Below, piece after piece: positions 20,430-29,584 of a DNA stretch of 29,584 nt. The stretch covers positions 1 to 29,584 of the forward strand of contig JAGQVC010000001.1 of the NCBI GenBank assembly GCA_020438185.1, in the 5' to 3' direction. Origin of the DNA: Bacteroidota bacterium. Its GTDB lineage: Bacteria > Bacteroidota > Bacteroidia > M30B66. The first letter of the stretch is position 1, and each line of letters starts with the position of its first letter. Position numbers and translations under genes: made by a program. The notes beneath the pieces were generated by a model. It did no database searches, was not told where the DNA came from, and saw only the letters and a list, made by a program, of their open reading frames with translations.

Positions 20430-20758
20430 CACTTAATGATCTCTCCGGATTTTTTCGAGTAACGAACTAGCTTGCCATCGTTATTTGGCTTTCTTCCTAC
20501 ACGGGTCGGTTTTCCACTTGAAGGATCTACCAACATTAAATTAGAAATGTGAATAGAACCCTCTACTTTAACAATTCCACCCTGCGGGTTTGCTGAACTT
20601 GCCTTTGTATGCTTGGTGATCATATTCACACCAGATACGACGGCACGCATTTTTGAAGTATTAATTTCACGAACCTCTCCTGTCATTCCTTTTGAATTAC
20701 CGGAAAGAACGATCACCTTATCTCCTTTTTTTATATGCAGCTTCATTTTTAATTTCAT
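20429..20758 (-). CDS. rplX: 50S ribosomal protein L24
   Basis: [23 protein letters not shown]. An alternative start is possible at 20746. Confidence 0.98.
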   Translation of the reverse strand: MKLKMKLHIKKGDKVIVLSGNSKGMTGEVREINTSKMRAVVSGVNMITKHTKASSANPQGGIVKVEGSIHISNLMLVDPSSGKPTRVGRKPNNDGKLVRYSKKSGEIIK

Positions 20759-21126
20759 TAAAGCACTTCAGGTGCAAGTGAAACAATTTTCATGTACTGC
20801 TTTTCACGGAGTTCACGTGCTACCGGTCCGAAAATACGAGTACCTCTGAGTTCATCATTATTATTCAAAAGCACAACAGCGTTATCATCAAATCTGATAT
20901 AGGATCCGTCAGGCCTTCTAATCTCTTTTTTGGTTCTTACTACCACTGCTTTGGAGACAGCTCCTTTTTTAGCGTTTCCTGATGGGAGCGCATGCTTGAT
21001 AGTAACAACAATCTTATCTCCAATTGAAGCATACCTTTTTTTAGTACCTCCAAGTACACGGATGCAAAGAACTTCTTTCGCGCCACTGTTATCTGCTACA
21101 GATAATCGGGATTCCTGCTGTATCAT
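20758..21126 (-). CDS. rplN: 50S ribosomal protein L14
   Basis: [30 protein letters not shown]. Confidence 0.99.
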   Translation of the reverse strand: MIQQESRLSVADNSGAKEVLCIRVLGGTKKRYASIGDKIVVTIKHALPSGNAKKGAVSKAVVVRTKKEIRRPDGSYIRFDDNAVVLLNNNDELRGTRIFGPVARELREKQYMKIVSLAPEVL

Positions 21127-21150
21127 GACTTCTTAAATCTTATTCAAAAA

Positions 21151-21414
21151 TTATTTAGCTCTCTCAAGCACTTGAACCAGTCTCCAGCGTTTGTTTTTAC
21201 TCAACGGACGAATCTCGCTGATAAGAACAGTATCGCCAATTCCACAATCATTCTTCTCATCGTGAGCGAAGAATGTGGTCGTTTTTTTAACGAACTTACC
21301 GTATTTAGGGTGTTTCACCTTACGTTCCACAGAAACGACGATGGTTTTATCCATCTTATTACTCTTAACAAGACCAATACGTTCTTTGCGGAGGTTTCTT
21401 TGAATTGCTTCCAT
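21151..21414 (-). CDS. rpsQ: 30S ribosomal protein S17
   Basis: [28 protein letters not shown]. The ATG at 21414 is preferred as start. Confidence 0.98.
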   Translation of the reverse strand: MEAIQRNLRKERIGLVKSNKMDKTIVVSVERKVKHPKYGKFVKKTTTFFAHDEKNDCGIGDTVLISEIRPLSKNKRWRLVQVLERAK

Positions 21415-21419
21415 GGCTA

Positions 21420-21629
21420 TCAATTGTTGGAGGCTGAAGTTTGAGATTCTTTATTCTTTAGTGCAGTTTTCAAACGAGCAATTGTTTTTCTTGAAGCTCT
21501 AAGCTGCATAGGATTCTCCAAAGGAGAAACAGCATGATTGAACTGCATTTTAGACAGAGACACCGATTCTTCCAAAATCATATCCTTGATTTCGGTTAGT
21601 GTTAATTCATTTATTTGAGACTGTTTCAT
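21420..21629 (-). CDS. rpmC: 50S ribosomal protein L29
   Basis: [19 protein letters not shown]; position between rplP and rpsQ. Confidence 0.95.
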   Translation of the reverse strand: MKQSQINELTLTEIKDMILEESVSLSKMQFNHAVSPLENPMQLRASRKTIARLKTALKNKESQTSASNN

Positions 21630-21634
21630 GACGA

Positions 21635-22063
21635 TCAGACTGTTGCTTCTACGTAATCCCTTCTAACAATAAACTTTGTAGTAACAGGCAGTTTTTGGGC
21701 TGCCAGGCGAAGAGCTTCTTTTGCTATTTCTAAAGGAACACCTTCTGCTTCAAAAATTACTGTTCCTGGTTTTACTACCGCAACCCAATACTCAGGAGAA
21801 CCTTTACCTTTACCCATACGAACCTCTGCAGGTTTCTTGGTGATTGGCTTATCTGGAAACACTCTGATCCAGATTTGCCCCTCCCTTTTCATGTACCTTG
21901 TTACAGCGATACGGGCAGCTTCAATTTGCCTGGCTGTCATCCAAACTCCTTCCATTGCCTTAATTCCGAAAGAACCAAATGCCAACTCGTGTCCACGGGT
22001 AGCATTCCCTTTCATCTTCATTTTATGCTGCTTCCTGTACTTAGTACGTTTAGGCTGTAACAT
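21635..22063 (-). CDS. rplP: 50S ribosomal protein L16
   Basis: [22 protein letters not shown]. Confidence 0.99.
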   Translation of the reverse strand: MLQPKRTKYRKQHKMKMKGNATRGHELAFGSFGIKAMEGVWMTARQIEAARIAVTRYMKREGQIWIRVFPDKPITKKPAEVRMGKGKGSPEYWVAVVKPGTVIFEAEGVPLEIAKEALRLAAQKLPVTTKFIVRRDYVEATV

Positions 22064-22147
22064 CGGTGATTCTTTTTATATCGTAATTGTTGTTATTCCC
22101 TTTAAAGCAGTATGATCAAGTGACAAAGCCTGCTATTTTGGGGACGG

Positions 22148-22177
22148 CAAAGATAGTAAGTTGTTTTTTAATTCCAA
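22148..22177 (-). promoter_or_regulatory. Bacteroidota sigma-A promoter upstream of rplP (TTG-N19-TATCTTTG)
   Basis: Exact TAnnTTTG at 22155-22148 with TTG at 22177-22175 (19-nt spacer), in the rpsC-rplP gap. Confidence 0.7.
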
Positions 22178-22283
22178 CAGCCTGAAACAAAAAAAATTAA
22201 GACGTTTTTTAAGGCTAAGCTAACCGGAATCCAAACATCTGACTGTCAGCGTTCTGTGACAATAAATTATAAATCAAAAAATC

Positions 22284-22311
22284 AAAAAAAAGGGAGGCAA
22301 AAGCCTCCCTT
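22284..22311 (-). terminator. Intrinsic terminator after rpsC
   Basis: Minus strand reads AGGGAGGC-TTTT-GCCTCCCT followed by 7 T; perfect 8-bp stem. Confidence 0.88.
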
Positions 22312-22328
22312 AAAATTTGTTATTAATT

Positions 22329-23057
22329 TTATTTACCTCTTCTACGTCCACCGCGGCGTTCTCCGCCTTGTGGAGCATTAGTATTTCCACCTTTTTGAGA
22401 TGCCATTCCAACATTCGGAGAAAGGTCACGTTTTCCAAAAACTTCCCCTTTGCAAATCCAAACTTTCACACCTATACGACCGTAGGTAGTGTGAGCTTCC
22501 GATAATGCGTAATCAATATCAGCACGCAACGTATGTAATGGTATTCTGCCCTCCTTATAACCTTCCACACGAGCCATTTCAGCACCACCTAAACGACCAC
22601 TGCATTTAGTCTTAATTCCTTCAGCACCCATTCTTACGGTAGAAGCAATTGAAGTTTTCATAGCACGGCGAAAAGAAATTCTCCCTTCAAGCTGACGAGC
22701 TATACCGTCAGCCACAAGACGCGCATCAAGTTCAGGTCTTTTGATTTCAAATATGTTAATCTGAACTTCCTTCTTAGTAAGCTTTTTAAGCTCTTCCTTC
22801 AGCTTGTCTACTTCCTGACCACCTTTACCAATAATAATCCCCGGGCGGGCAGTATTAATAGTAACTGTTACCAGTTTAAGAGTCCTTTCTATAATGATTC
22901 GTGAAACACTCGCTTTTACAAGACGCGCAGAAAGATACTTTCTGATTTTGTGGTCTTCAACAATTTTATCACTGTAATTGCGACCTCCATACCAGTTGGA
23001 GTCCCATCCACGAATAATGCCCAGTCGAAGGGCTATAGGATTACATTTTTGTCCCAT
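22329..23057 (-). CDS. rpsC: 30S ribosomal protein S3
   Basis: [38 protein letters not shown]. Confidence 0.99.
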   Translation of the reverse strand: MGQKCNPIALRLGIIRGWDSNWYGGRNYSDKIVEDHKIRKYLSARLVKASVSRIIIERTLKLVTVTINTARPGIIIGKGGQEVDKLKEELKKLTKKEVQINIFEIKRPELDARLVADGIARQLEGRISFRRAMKTSIASTVRMGAEGIKTKCSGRLGGAEMARVEGYKEGRIPLHTLRADIDYALSEAHTTYGRIGVKVWICKGEVFGKRDLSPNVGMASQKGGNTNAPQGGERRGGRRRGK

Positions 23058-23075
23058 TAGAGTCTTTTGTCTTAG

Positions 23076-23480
23076 TTAGTTGGCTTCAGTTCTGGAATCA
23101 AGTACCATTGTAACATGGTTTGAACGCTTGCGAATACGATATCCCCTTCCCTGCGGAGCAGGACGAAGTCTTTTCAGCATTCTTGCGCCGTCAACTTTGA
23201 TTTCTTTAATAAAAACGTTGCTGTCTTCCAGACGAAGACCTTCATTTTTTGACTGCCAGTTTGCAATAGCGGAAAGAAGCAGTTTTTCAAGTCTGATAGC
23301 AGCTTCTTTATTAGTGAACTTCAGAATTGATAATGCTCTGTCAACTTCAACTCCTCTAACGAGATCAGCAACCAATCTCATTTTACGGGGTGAGGTCGGG
23401 CAGTTATTCAGTTTGGCAAATGCAATCTTCTGCTTTTCAGCCTTAATTGCTTCTGCTCTAAGATGTTTTCTAGCTCCCAT
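23076..23480 (-). CDS. rplV: 50S ribosomal protein L22
   Basis: [32 protein letters not shown]. The true start is probably MGARK at 23480; the ORF-track extension overlaps rpsS. Confidence 0.98.
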   Translation of the reverse strand: MGARKHLRAEAIKAEKQKIAFAKLNNCPTSPRKMRLVADLVRGVEVDRALSILKFTNKEAAIRLEKLLLSAIANWQSKNEGLRLEDSNVFIKEIKVDGARMLKRLRPAPQGRGYRIRKRSNHVTMVLDSRTEAN

Positions 23481-23505
23481 TGTAAATGAATAAAGAACGA
23501 TTAAA

Positions 23506-23787
23506 TTATTTTTTACCCTTGTCTTTTCTGTTACCGGCGTGTCCGCGAAAGGTACGGGTTGGAGCAAATTCTCCAAGCTTGTGACCTACCATGTTTTCGG
23601 TAATGTAAACAGGAATGAACTTATTGCCATTGTGAACGGCGATGGTTTGTCCAACAAAATCCGGAGAAATCATTGAACGGCGTGCCCACGTTTTAACCAC
23701 CGATTTTTTACCCGATTCAATCAAGTTAAAAACTTTCTTTTCGAGTTTGAAGTCAATGAAAGGGCCTTTTTTAAGTGAACGGCTCAT
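23506..23787 (-). CDS. rpsS: 30S ribosomal protein S19
   Basis: [25 protein letters not shown]. Confidence 0.99.
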   Translation of the reverse strand: MSRSLKKGPFIDFKLEKKVFNLIESGKKSVVKTWARRSMISPDFVGQTIAVHNGNKFIPVYITENMVGHKLGEFAPTRTFRGHAGNRKDKGKK

Positions 23788-23813
23788 GATAAATGTGTCT
23801 CAGGGTTGAACAA

Positions 23814-24638
23814 TTATTTTTTTCTTCGTTCGATGATCAGCTTCGAACTAGCTTTCTTAGGATAACGTGTTTTATATCCTTTCGCAGGAATTCCGTTGCG
23901 ACTTCTTGGATGACCTCCGGAAGCACGGCCTTCACCACCACCCATTGGGTGATCTACCGGGTTCATTGAAACACCTCTGTTCCTTGGTCTTCTTCCAAGC
24001 CATCTGCTTCGACCAGCTTTACCAGATCGCTCAAGTCGATGGTCGCCATTTGAAACTGTTCCAATAACTGCCATGCAGGTTGAAAGAATCATTCTGGTTT
24101 CACCAGAAGGCAGTTTGATGATTGCATACTTTCCGTCCTTCGCGGTAAGCTGAGCTGAAACCCCTGCTGAACGAACAAGAGATGCTCCCTGACCTGGACG
24201 CAACTCAATATGATGAATCATTGAACCGAGAGGAATATCCTTAAGAAACAATGCATTTCCCGCTTCAATCGGAGCTTTTTCGCCAGACATAACTGTCGAA
24301 CCAGCCTCAAGACCTTCCGGAGCAAGGATGTAACGCTTTTCACCATCAGCATACTGCAAAAGAGCAATATGTGCAGAACGATTCGGGTCGTATTCAATTG
24401 ACATCACTTTTGCAGGAATGTCGTGCTTGTCTCTCTTAAAGTCAATCAGACGGTAACGCTGCTTATGACCACCACCAATATAGCGCATAGTCATTTTTCC
24501 AGAGTTGTTACGTCCGCCCGATTTTTTCTTCTTAACCAGAAGAGATTTTTCAGGAGTACCCTTGGTTACTTCACTGAATGTGTTAGCTACCTTAAATCTG
24601 GTACCTGGGGTAATTGGATTGAATTTTTTAAGTCCCAT
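23814..24638 (-). CDS. rplB: 50S ribosomal protein L2
   Basis: [25 protein letters not shown]. Confidence 0.99.
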   Translation of the reverse strand: MGLKKFNPITPGTRFKVANTFSEVTKGTPEKSLLVKKKKSGGRNNSGKMTMRYIGGGHKQRYRLIDFKRDKHDIPAKVMSIEYDPNRSAHIALLQYADGEKRYILAPEGLEAGSTVMSGEKAPIEAGNALFLKDIPLGSMIHHIELRPGQGASLVRSAGVSAQLTAKDGKYAIIKLPSGETRMILSTCMAVIGTVSNGDHRLERSGKAGRSRWLGRRPRNRGVSMNPVDHPMGGGEGRASGGHPRSRNGIPAKGYKTRYPKKASSKLIIERRKK

Positions 24639-24644
24639 TTCTTA

Positions 24645-24935
24645 TCAGATGTTACTGTAAAAATCAATGGTATCACCCTCGGCAAGAGAAACAACCGCTT
24701 TCTTGCATCGGCCGGTAAGGCCAACGTTAACACCATTTTTTGTATTACGCATTTTTACTTTACCGATGTATCTCATAGTGCGAACAGAGTCAACACTAAC
24801 ACCATAAAGTTTCTCAATTTCTTTCTTAATCTCCACCTTATTGGCATCCATCCGAACAACAAAACCATATCGGTTCATCTTTTCGGTAAGTCCGCTCATC
24901 TTTTCGGTGATGATAGGTTTGATGATGATACTCAT
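24645..24935 (-). CDS. rplW: 50S ribosomal protein L23
   Basis: IIKPIITEK, ANKVEIKKEIE, KKAVVSL. Confidence 0.98.
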   Translation of the reverse strand: MSIIIKPIITEKMSGLTEKMNRYGFVVRMDANKVEIKKEIEKLYGVSVDSVRTMRYIGKVKMRNTKNGVNVGLTGRCKKAVVSLAEGDTIDFYSNI

Positions 24936-24936
24936 T

Positions 24937-25569
24937 TTAGTTTTGTGTTAAGAGGTTTTCAATTGGTGAAACAGAATTTTCGAAAAGCACAATTGAACCT
25001 GCGTTCATTATATCGTAAGTGTTCAAATCACTTGCAACAACAACTTTACTTTTCGGAAGGTTTCTGGATGAAAGGTGAAGCATTGAATTGTGCTCCGGAA
25101 CAACCACAAGAGTCTTTTTATCTTCAAGCTTGAGGTTTTTCAGTACACCTGCAAATCCCTTAGTCGAAGGCTTCTCAAAGTTGAATCCTTCAATAAGAAC
25201 AATCCCTTGCTCCTGAGCTTTATAAGAAAGGGCTGATTTACGTGCCAACTGTTTAACTTTCTTATTCAACGAAAAAGAATAGTTACGCGGACGAGGACCG
25301 AAAACACGACCACCGCCAACAAAAACGGGAGATTTAATACTACCAGCACGGGCCCCGCCTGTACCTTTCTGACGCTTAAGCTTACGGGTAGAATAGTTAA
25401 CTTCTGCTCTCTCTTTTGCTTTATGAGTTCCCTGACGGCGATTAGCAAGAATTTGCTTCACATCCAGGTAAATCGCATGATCATTTGGTTCAATCGCAAA
25501 GACATCGCTACTGAGCTTAACCTTGCGACCGGTCTCCTGACCGTTGGTATTTAATACTGCGAGTTCCAT
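24937..25569 (-). CDS. rplD: 50S ribosomal protein L4
   Basis: [35 protein letters not shown]. The ATG at 25569 is preferred as start. Confidence 0.99.
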   Translation of the reverse strand: MELAVLNTNGQETGRKVKLSSDVFAIEPNDHAIYLDVKQILANRRQGTHKAKERAEVNYSTRKLKRQKGTGGARAGSIKSPVFVGGGRVFGPRPRNYSFSLNKKVKQLARKSALSYKAQEQGIVLIEGFNFEKPSTKGFAGVLKNLKLEDKKTLVVVPEHNSMLHLSSRNLPKSKVVVASDLNTYDIMNAGSIVLFENSVSPIENLLTQN

Positions 25570-25570
25570 C

Positions 25571-26188
25571 TTATTTTTCAATCATTACGTAAGAACCTTT
25601 TGGTCCCGGGATAGCGCCCTGAACAACAATCAGATTCTGTTCTGGTAAAACTTTCAGAACAACCAGGTTCTGCACTTTAACTCTCTTGTTTCCGGTTTGG
25701 CCGGCCATTCTCATCCCTTTAAAAACTCTTGAAGGGTAAGAAGACGCGCCTAGTGAACCCGGTGCACGCATTCTGTTATGCTGCCCGTGCGTTCCCATAC
25801 CAACACCACCGAATCCGTGACGTTTTACAACACCCTGGAAACCTTTACCTTTAGATGTACCCATTACGTCAACGAATTCGCCTTCGTTAAACAGATCTAC
25901 AGTAATTGTTTCACCCAGTGTACGTTCTGTTTCGAAGAAACGGAACTCCGCAACCTTACGCTTTGGAGTAGTGGAAGCTTTTTTAAAGTGACCATCCATG
26001 GCCGCTGAAGTATGCTTCTCCTTTCTTTCATCAAACGCCAGTTGAACTGCGTTGTAACCGTCTGATTCGACAGTTTTTACTTGCGTTACCACGCAAGGAC
26101 CAGCCTCTATAATTGTGCATGGTACGTTCTTACCAGCGGCACTAAAGATGCTTGTCATTCCGATTTTTTTACCTATTAAGCCTGACAT
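25571..26188 (-). CDS. rplC: 50S ribosomal protein L3
   Basis: [32 protein letters not shown]. Confidence 0.99.
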   Translation of the reverse strand: MSGLIGKKIGMTSIFSAAGKNVPCTIIEAGPCVVTQVKTVESDGYNAVQLAFDERKEKHTSAAMDGHFKKASTTPKRKVAEFRFFETERTLGETITVDLFNEGEFVDVMGTSKGKGFQGVVKRHGFGGVGMGTHGQHNRMRAPGSLGASSYPSRVFKGMRMAGQTGNKRVKVQNLVVLKVLPEQNLIVVQGAIPGPKGSYVMIEK

Positions 26189-26227
26189 TTATTTATAAAT
26201 GAATTGATGAATTCTTTCAGTTTAGCG

Positions 26228-26533
26228 TTACACTTTGATTTCAACCTCCACTCCACTTGGAAGTTCAAGCTTCATTAATGCATCTACAGTTTTTGAAGTA
26301 GTGCTGTAGATATCGAGCAGACGCTTGTATGAACAAAGCTGGAATTGTTCCCGTGCTTTCTTGTTCACGTGTGGTGACCTCAATACAGTGTAAATCTTTT
26401 TATTTGTAGGAAGCGGAATTGGACCACTCACTACAGCTCCGGTTGATTTAACCGTCTTCACGATTTTTTCAGCCGATTTGTCTACGAGATTATAATCGTA
26501 TGACTTGAGCTTGATTCTGATTTTTTGATTCAT
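26228..26533 (-). CDS. rpsJ: 30S ribosomal protein S10
   Basis: [31 protein letters not shown]. It directly follows fusA with no tuf, the usual Bacteroidota order. Confidence 0.99.
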   Translation of the reverse strand: MNQKIRIKLKSYDYNLVDKSAEKIVKTVKSTGAVVSGPIPLPTNKKIYTVLRSPHVNKKAREQFQLCSYKRLLDIYSTTSKTVDALMKLELPSGVEVEIKV

Positions 26534-26554
26534 AAGAATGAAATAAAGAACGAA

Positions 26555-28678
26555 TTATACAGATGCTGTTTTTCCTTTTGATTTAGCGATTACTTCTTCT
26601 GCAACCTGACGAGGGGCTTCAGAATAATGTGAAGGCTCCATGGTTGAAGTTGCACGCCCTGAAGAAATAGTACGAAGTGTGGTAACATAACCGAACATTT
26701 CACTCAAAGGAACTTTGGCTTTAATCACCTGCGCTCCTCCTCGACTATCCATTCCTTCAAGCTGACCGCGACGTTTGTTAAGGTCACCAATAATATCTCC
26801 CATGTATTCTTCCGGAGTAACTACCTCAACTTTCATGATTGGCTCAAGCAGGATAGGACGTGCTTTAGGCAAAGCTTCGCGGAATGCTGCTTTCGCGCAG
26901 ACTTCGAATGATAATGAATCAGAGTCAACTGCGTGGTAAGAACCATCAGAAAGTGTAACTTTAAGACTATCGAGAGTAAATCCGGCAAGTACACCATTCT
27001 GCATTGCTGTTTTGAATCCTTTCTCAACAGATGGAATGTATTCACGTGGAATGTTACCCCCAACAACTTCATTAACGAACTGAAGCCCTTCCTTACCTTC
27101 ATCAGCAGGTCCGATAGTAACAACGATGTCGGCAAACTTACCGCGACCGCCCGTCTGTTTCTTGTAAACCTCGCGATGAGTAACAGTACCGGTAATTGCT
27201 TCTTTGTAATTAACCTGAGGAGCACCCTGGTTACACTCAACTTTAAATTCGCGCTTCAAACGATCGAGAATAATCTCAAGGTGAAGTTCACCCATTCCGC
27301 TGATAATAGTCTGTCCGGAATCTTCGTCTGTTTTAACACGGAAGGTTGGATCCTCTTCAGCAAGTTTACTGAGAGCCATACCTAATTTATCAACGTCGGC
27401 CTGAGTTTTAGGCTCAATTGCAACACCGATAACCGGATCAGGAAACTGCATTGCTTCAAGAACGATTGGGTTCTTTTCGTCACAAAGTGTATCACCTGTT
27501 TTAATATCCTTAAAACCTACAGCAGCTCCAATATCACCTGCTTCGATGTACTCAATAGCATTCTGCTTGTTAGCATGCATCTGGAAAATACGGCTGATAC
27601 GCTCTTTATTGCCACTGCGCGTGTTAAGAACATAAGAGCCCGCATCAAGATGTCCGCTGTAAGCGCGGAAGAAACACAAACGGCCAACAAATGGATCGGT
27701 TGCAATTTTAAAAGCAAGTGCAGTAAACGGACCTTTAGGATCAGGTTTACGTGTAAGTTCCTCACCTGTATCAGGATGTGTTCCTTTGATGTTTTCTCTG
27801 TCAAGAGGACTTGGCATCAACTCCATAACGAGGTCAAGCATAGTCTGAACACCTTTGTTCTTGAAGGATGAACCGCAAACCATCGGAACAATTTTATTGT
27901 CGAGACAAGCCTGACGAAGTGCCCCAAGAATTTCAGCCTCGGAGATAGAATCCGGATCCTCGAAGAATTTCTCCATCAAAGTATCATCGTATTCAGCAAT
28001 TTCTTCAAGAAGCTTCCCTCTCCATTCAGTTGCTTCATCAAGCAAATCATCAGGAATTGGAACAACATTATAAGTCATTCCCTTATCAGCCTCATTCCAC
28101 TCAATACCACGGAAGTTGATCAAATCTACAACTCCACGAAAAGTCTCTTCAGCTCCAATTGGAATCTGAAGCGGAATTGCATTACCGCCAAGAACCTCAC
28201 GAACTTGTTTAACAACGTTCAGGAAGTCAGCACCCTGACGGTCCATTTTATTTACGAAACCAATTCTGGTAACGTTGTAATTATTTGCAAGTCTCCAGTT
28301 TGTTTCTGATTGCGGTTCAACGCCGTCAACAGCAGAAAACAGAAACACCAGACCGTCCAGTACACGAAGTGAACGATTCACTTCCACTGTAAAGTCAACG
28401 TGTCCGGGAGTATCAATGATGTTGATTCGGTGTTGCGGAAGATCGTTCTCAGAGCCTTTCCAGGAACAGGTAGTCGCGGCTGAGGTGATGGTAATTCCAC
28501 GCTCTTGCTCTTGCTCCATGTAGTCCATGGTAGCTGCACCGTCGTGCACTTCACCGATCTTATAGTTTACTCCGGTGTAGTACAAGATACGTTCGGTAGT
28601 AGTGGTCTTACCCGCATCGATGTGCGCCATAATACCGATATTACGAACTCGCTCTAATGGAATTTGTCTTTCAGCCAT
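26555..28678 (-). CDS. fusA: Elongation factor G (apparently chimeric: foreign N-terminus, Bacteroidota body)
   Basis: [38 protein letters not shown]. Composition and sequence style change around 28379-28426. Confidence 0.98.
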   Translation of the reverse strand: MAERQIPLERVRNIGIMAHIDAGKTTTTERILYYTGVNYKIGEVHDGAATMDYMEQEQERGITITSAATTCSWKGSENDLPQHRINIIDTPGHVDFTVEVNRSLRVLDGLVFLFSAVDGVEPQSETNWRLANNYNVTRIGFVNKMDRQGADFLNVVKQVREVLGGNAIPLQIPIGAEETFRGVVDLINFRGIEWNEADKGMTYNVVPIPDDLLDEATEWRGKLLEEIAEYDDTLMEKFFEDPDSISEAEILGALRQACLDNKIVPMVCGSSFKNKGVQTMLDLVMELMPSPLDRENIKGTHPDTGEELTRKPDPKGPFTALAFKIATDPFVGRLCFFRAYSGHLDAGSYVLNTRSGNKERISRIFQMHANKQNAIEYIEAGDIGAAVGFKDIKTGDTLCDEKNPIVLEAMQFPDPVIGVAIEPKTQADVDKLGMALSKLAEEDPTFRVKTDEDSGQTIISGMGELHLEIILDRLKREFKVECNQGAPQVNYKEAITGTVTHREVYKKQTGGRGKFADIVVTIGPADEGKEGLQFVNEVVGGNIPREYIPSVEKGFKTAMQNGVLAGFTLDSLKVTLSDGSYHAVDSDSLSFEVCAKAAFREALPKARPILLEPIMKVEVVTPEEYMGDIIGDLNKRRGQLEGMDSRGGAQVIKAKVPLSEMFGYVTTLRTISSGRATSTMEPSHYSEAPRQVAEEVIAKSKGKTASV

Positions 28679-28895
28679 CGTTCCTTTCCAGACGATTTAC
28701 AAAGGTAAATAAGCAAAAGTAATTTGTGAACCAACACCGACATTCGACCCTTGGGCGCCGAATCCTAAGAGAGGTCACATAAACTCGGATTTTTTGCAGC
28801 AACCTTTTTAAAAGACTCCTGCGATAGAAATTCGAGTCTATCCGAGATCACCCGAATTCGGCACCCAAACGCCGAATGCAGCTCGACAGGTTACA

Positions 28896-28921
28896 GAAAA
28901 ACGCGACCGACGTCGCTTTTC
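28896..28921 (-). terminator. Terminator-like hairpin after rpsG
   Basis: Minus strand reads GAAAA-GCGAC-GTCG-GTCGC-GTTTTTC: a 5-bp GC stem plus 5 T. Confidence 0.4.
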
Positions 28922-28928
28922 GGTAGCC

Positions 28929-29399
28929 CTACCAGCGGTAGTGCGCGAATGCTCGGTTCGCCTCGGCCATACGATGCGTTTCTTCTCGCTTCTTTACCGC
29001 GTTACCACGGTTTTGGCTTGCATCATACAACTCATTCGCGAGGCGTTCTTTCATGTTCTTTTCCGAACGCTCACGGGCGTGCTGAATCAGCCAGCGAATC
29101 GCCAACGTGTCGCGACGGGAAGGACGAACCTCGGTAGGAACTTGGTAGGTTGCTCCGCCGACTCGTCGAGAGCGAACTTCAACCAACGGACGGACATTCT
29201 CGAGTGCCTTGCGGAAAACTTCGATGCCCTCTTCCTTGTAGCGAGTCTGGATAGTGTCGAGTGCTCCGTAGACGATCGACTCGGATACGCTCTTCTTTCC
29301 GCTCCACATCATAGAATTAATGAAACGGCCGACGATTTCATCGTTAAAACGAACGTCGGGCAAAATATCTCGCTTAAATTCGCGTCTTTTTCGCGACAT
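28929..29399 (-). CDS. rpsG: 30S ribosomal protein S7 (non-Bacteroidota type)
   Basis: [30 protein letters not shown]. About 53% GC by hand count. AAGGTG SD-like site 9 nt upstream. Confidence 0.99.
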   Translation of the reverse strand: MSRKRREFKRDILPDVRFNDEIVGRFINSMMWSGKKSVSESIVYGALDTIQTRYKEEGIEVFRKALENVRPLVEVRSRRVGGATYQVPTEVRPSRRDTLAIRWLIQHARERSEKNMKERLANELYDASQNRGNAVKKREETHRMAEANRAFAHYRW

Positions 29400-29423
29400 G
29401 GAACTCTACACCTTAGCTAAATT

Positions 29424-29584
29424 TTATTGTTTTGGTTTCTTCGTACCATACTTGGAACGGCTCTGATTTCGCCCAACTACGCCTTGCGTATCAAGCTTAC
29501 CGCGAACGATATGGTAACGAACCCCCGGCAAGTCCTTCACACGACCGCCGCGAATGAGCACCACGGAGTGTTCTTGGAGATTAT
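29424..29584 (-). CDS. rpsL: 30S ribosomal protein S12, 3' part (5' end outside the window)
   Basis: Manual translation: [52 protein letters not shown]. Confidence 0.98.
   Translation of the reverse strand, partial: NLQEHSVVLIRGGRVKDLPGVRYHIVRGKLDTQGVVGRNQSRSKYGTKKPKQ

Noticed and set aside
23481-23576. Apparent 32-aa N-terminal extension of L22
   Set aside because: ORF-caller artefact overlapping rpsS; MGARK at 23480 is the normal start.
24423-25133. 236-aa antisense ORF across rplB/rplW/rplD
   Set aside because: It is the mirror of conserved ribosomal genes, has no protein-like motifs, and fits codon-bias shadow ORFs.
26534-26554. Absence of tuf between fusA and rpsJ
   Set aside because: This is the normal Bacteroidota arrangement.
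26833-27871. Several alternative-frame and antisense ORFs inside fusA
   Set aside because: They are shadow ORFs of a highly expressed gene with no independent evidence.
28941-29420. 159-aa antisense ORF over rpsG
   Set aside because: Explained by the higher GC content and scarcity of stop codons on the opposite strand.

Overview
This 29.6-kb window comes from a Bacteroidota (roughly 40% GC) chromosome and is mostly housekeeping. Positions 1-8.9 kb hold accessory genes: the 3' part of an unknown gene, a TPR protein, a TetR regulator, a lipoprotein MsrA, a sodium:solute symporter, an ~850-bp structured intergenic region, rdgB, dedA, and a three-gene aminosugar module (DegT-family aminotransferase, N-acyltransferase, GT2). 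From 8.9 kb the minus strand carries eno, carA and the alpha/spc/S10 ribosomal cluster through fusA, rpsG and part of rpsL. I found no CRISPR array, rRNA, tRNA or transposase. The strongest anomaly is at the right end. rpsL, rpsG and the first ~80 codons of fusA look non-Bacteroidota (rpsG ~53% GC by hand count, Shine-Dalgarno-like sites, S7 ending AHYRW), and they join in frame to a Bacteroidota EF-G inside the conserved [16 protein letters not shown] motif. This is either a chimeric assembly or a real cross-phylum replacement of the str operon, and the sequence alone cannot decide. Other points of interest: a terminator plus new promoter splits the S10 operon between rpsC and rplP; a ~200-nt rod-like ncRNA candidate and twin same-loop hairpins sit at 4.1-4.6 kb; and DedA lies next to an ArnB/ArnC-like aminosugar module. 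I cannot claim a clearly new system from sequence alone.
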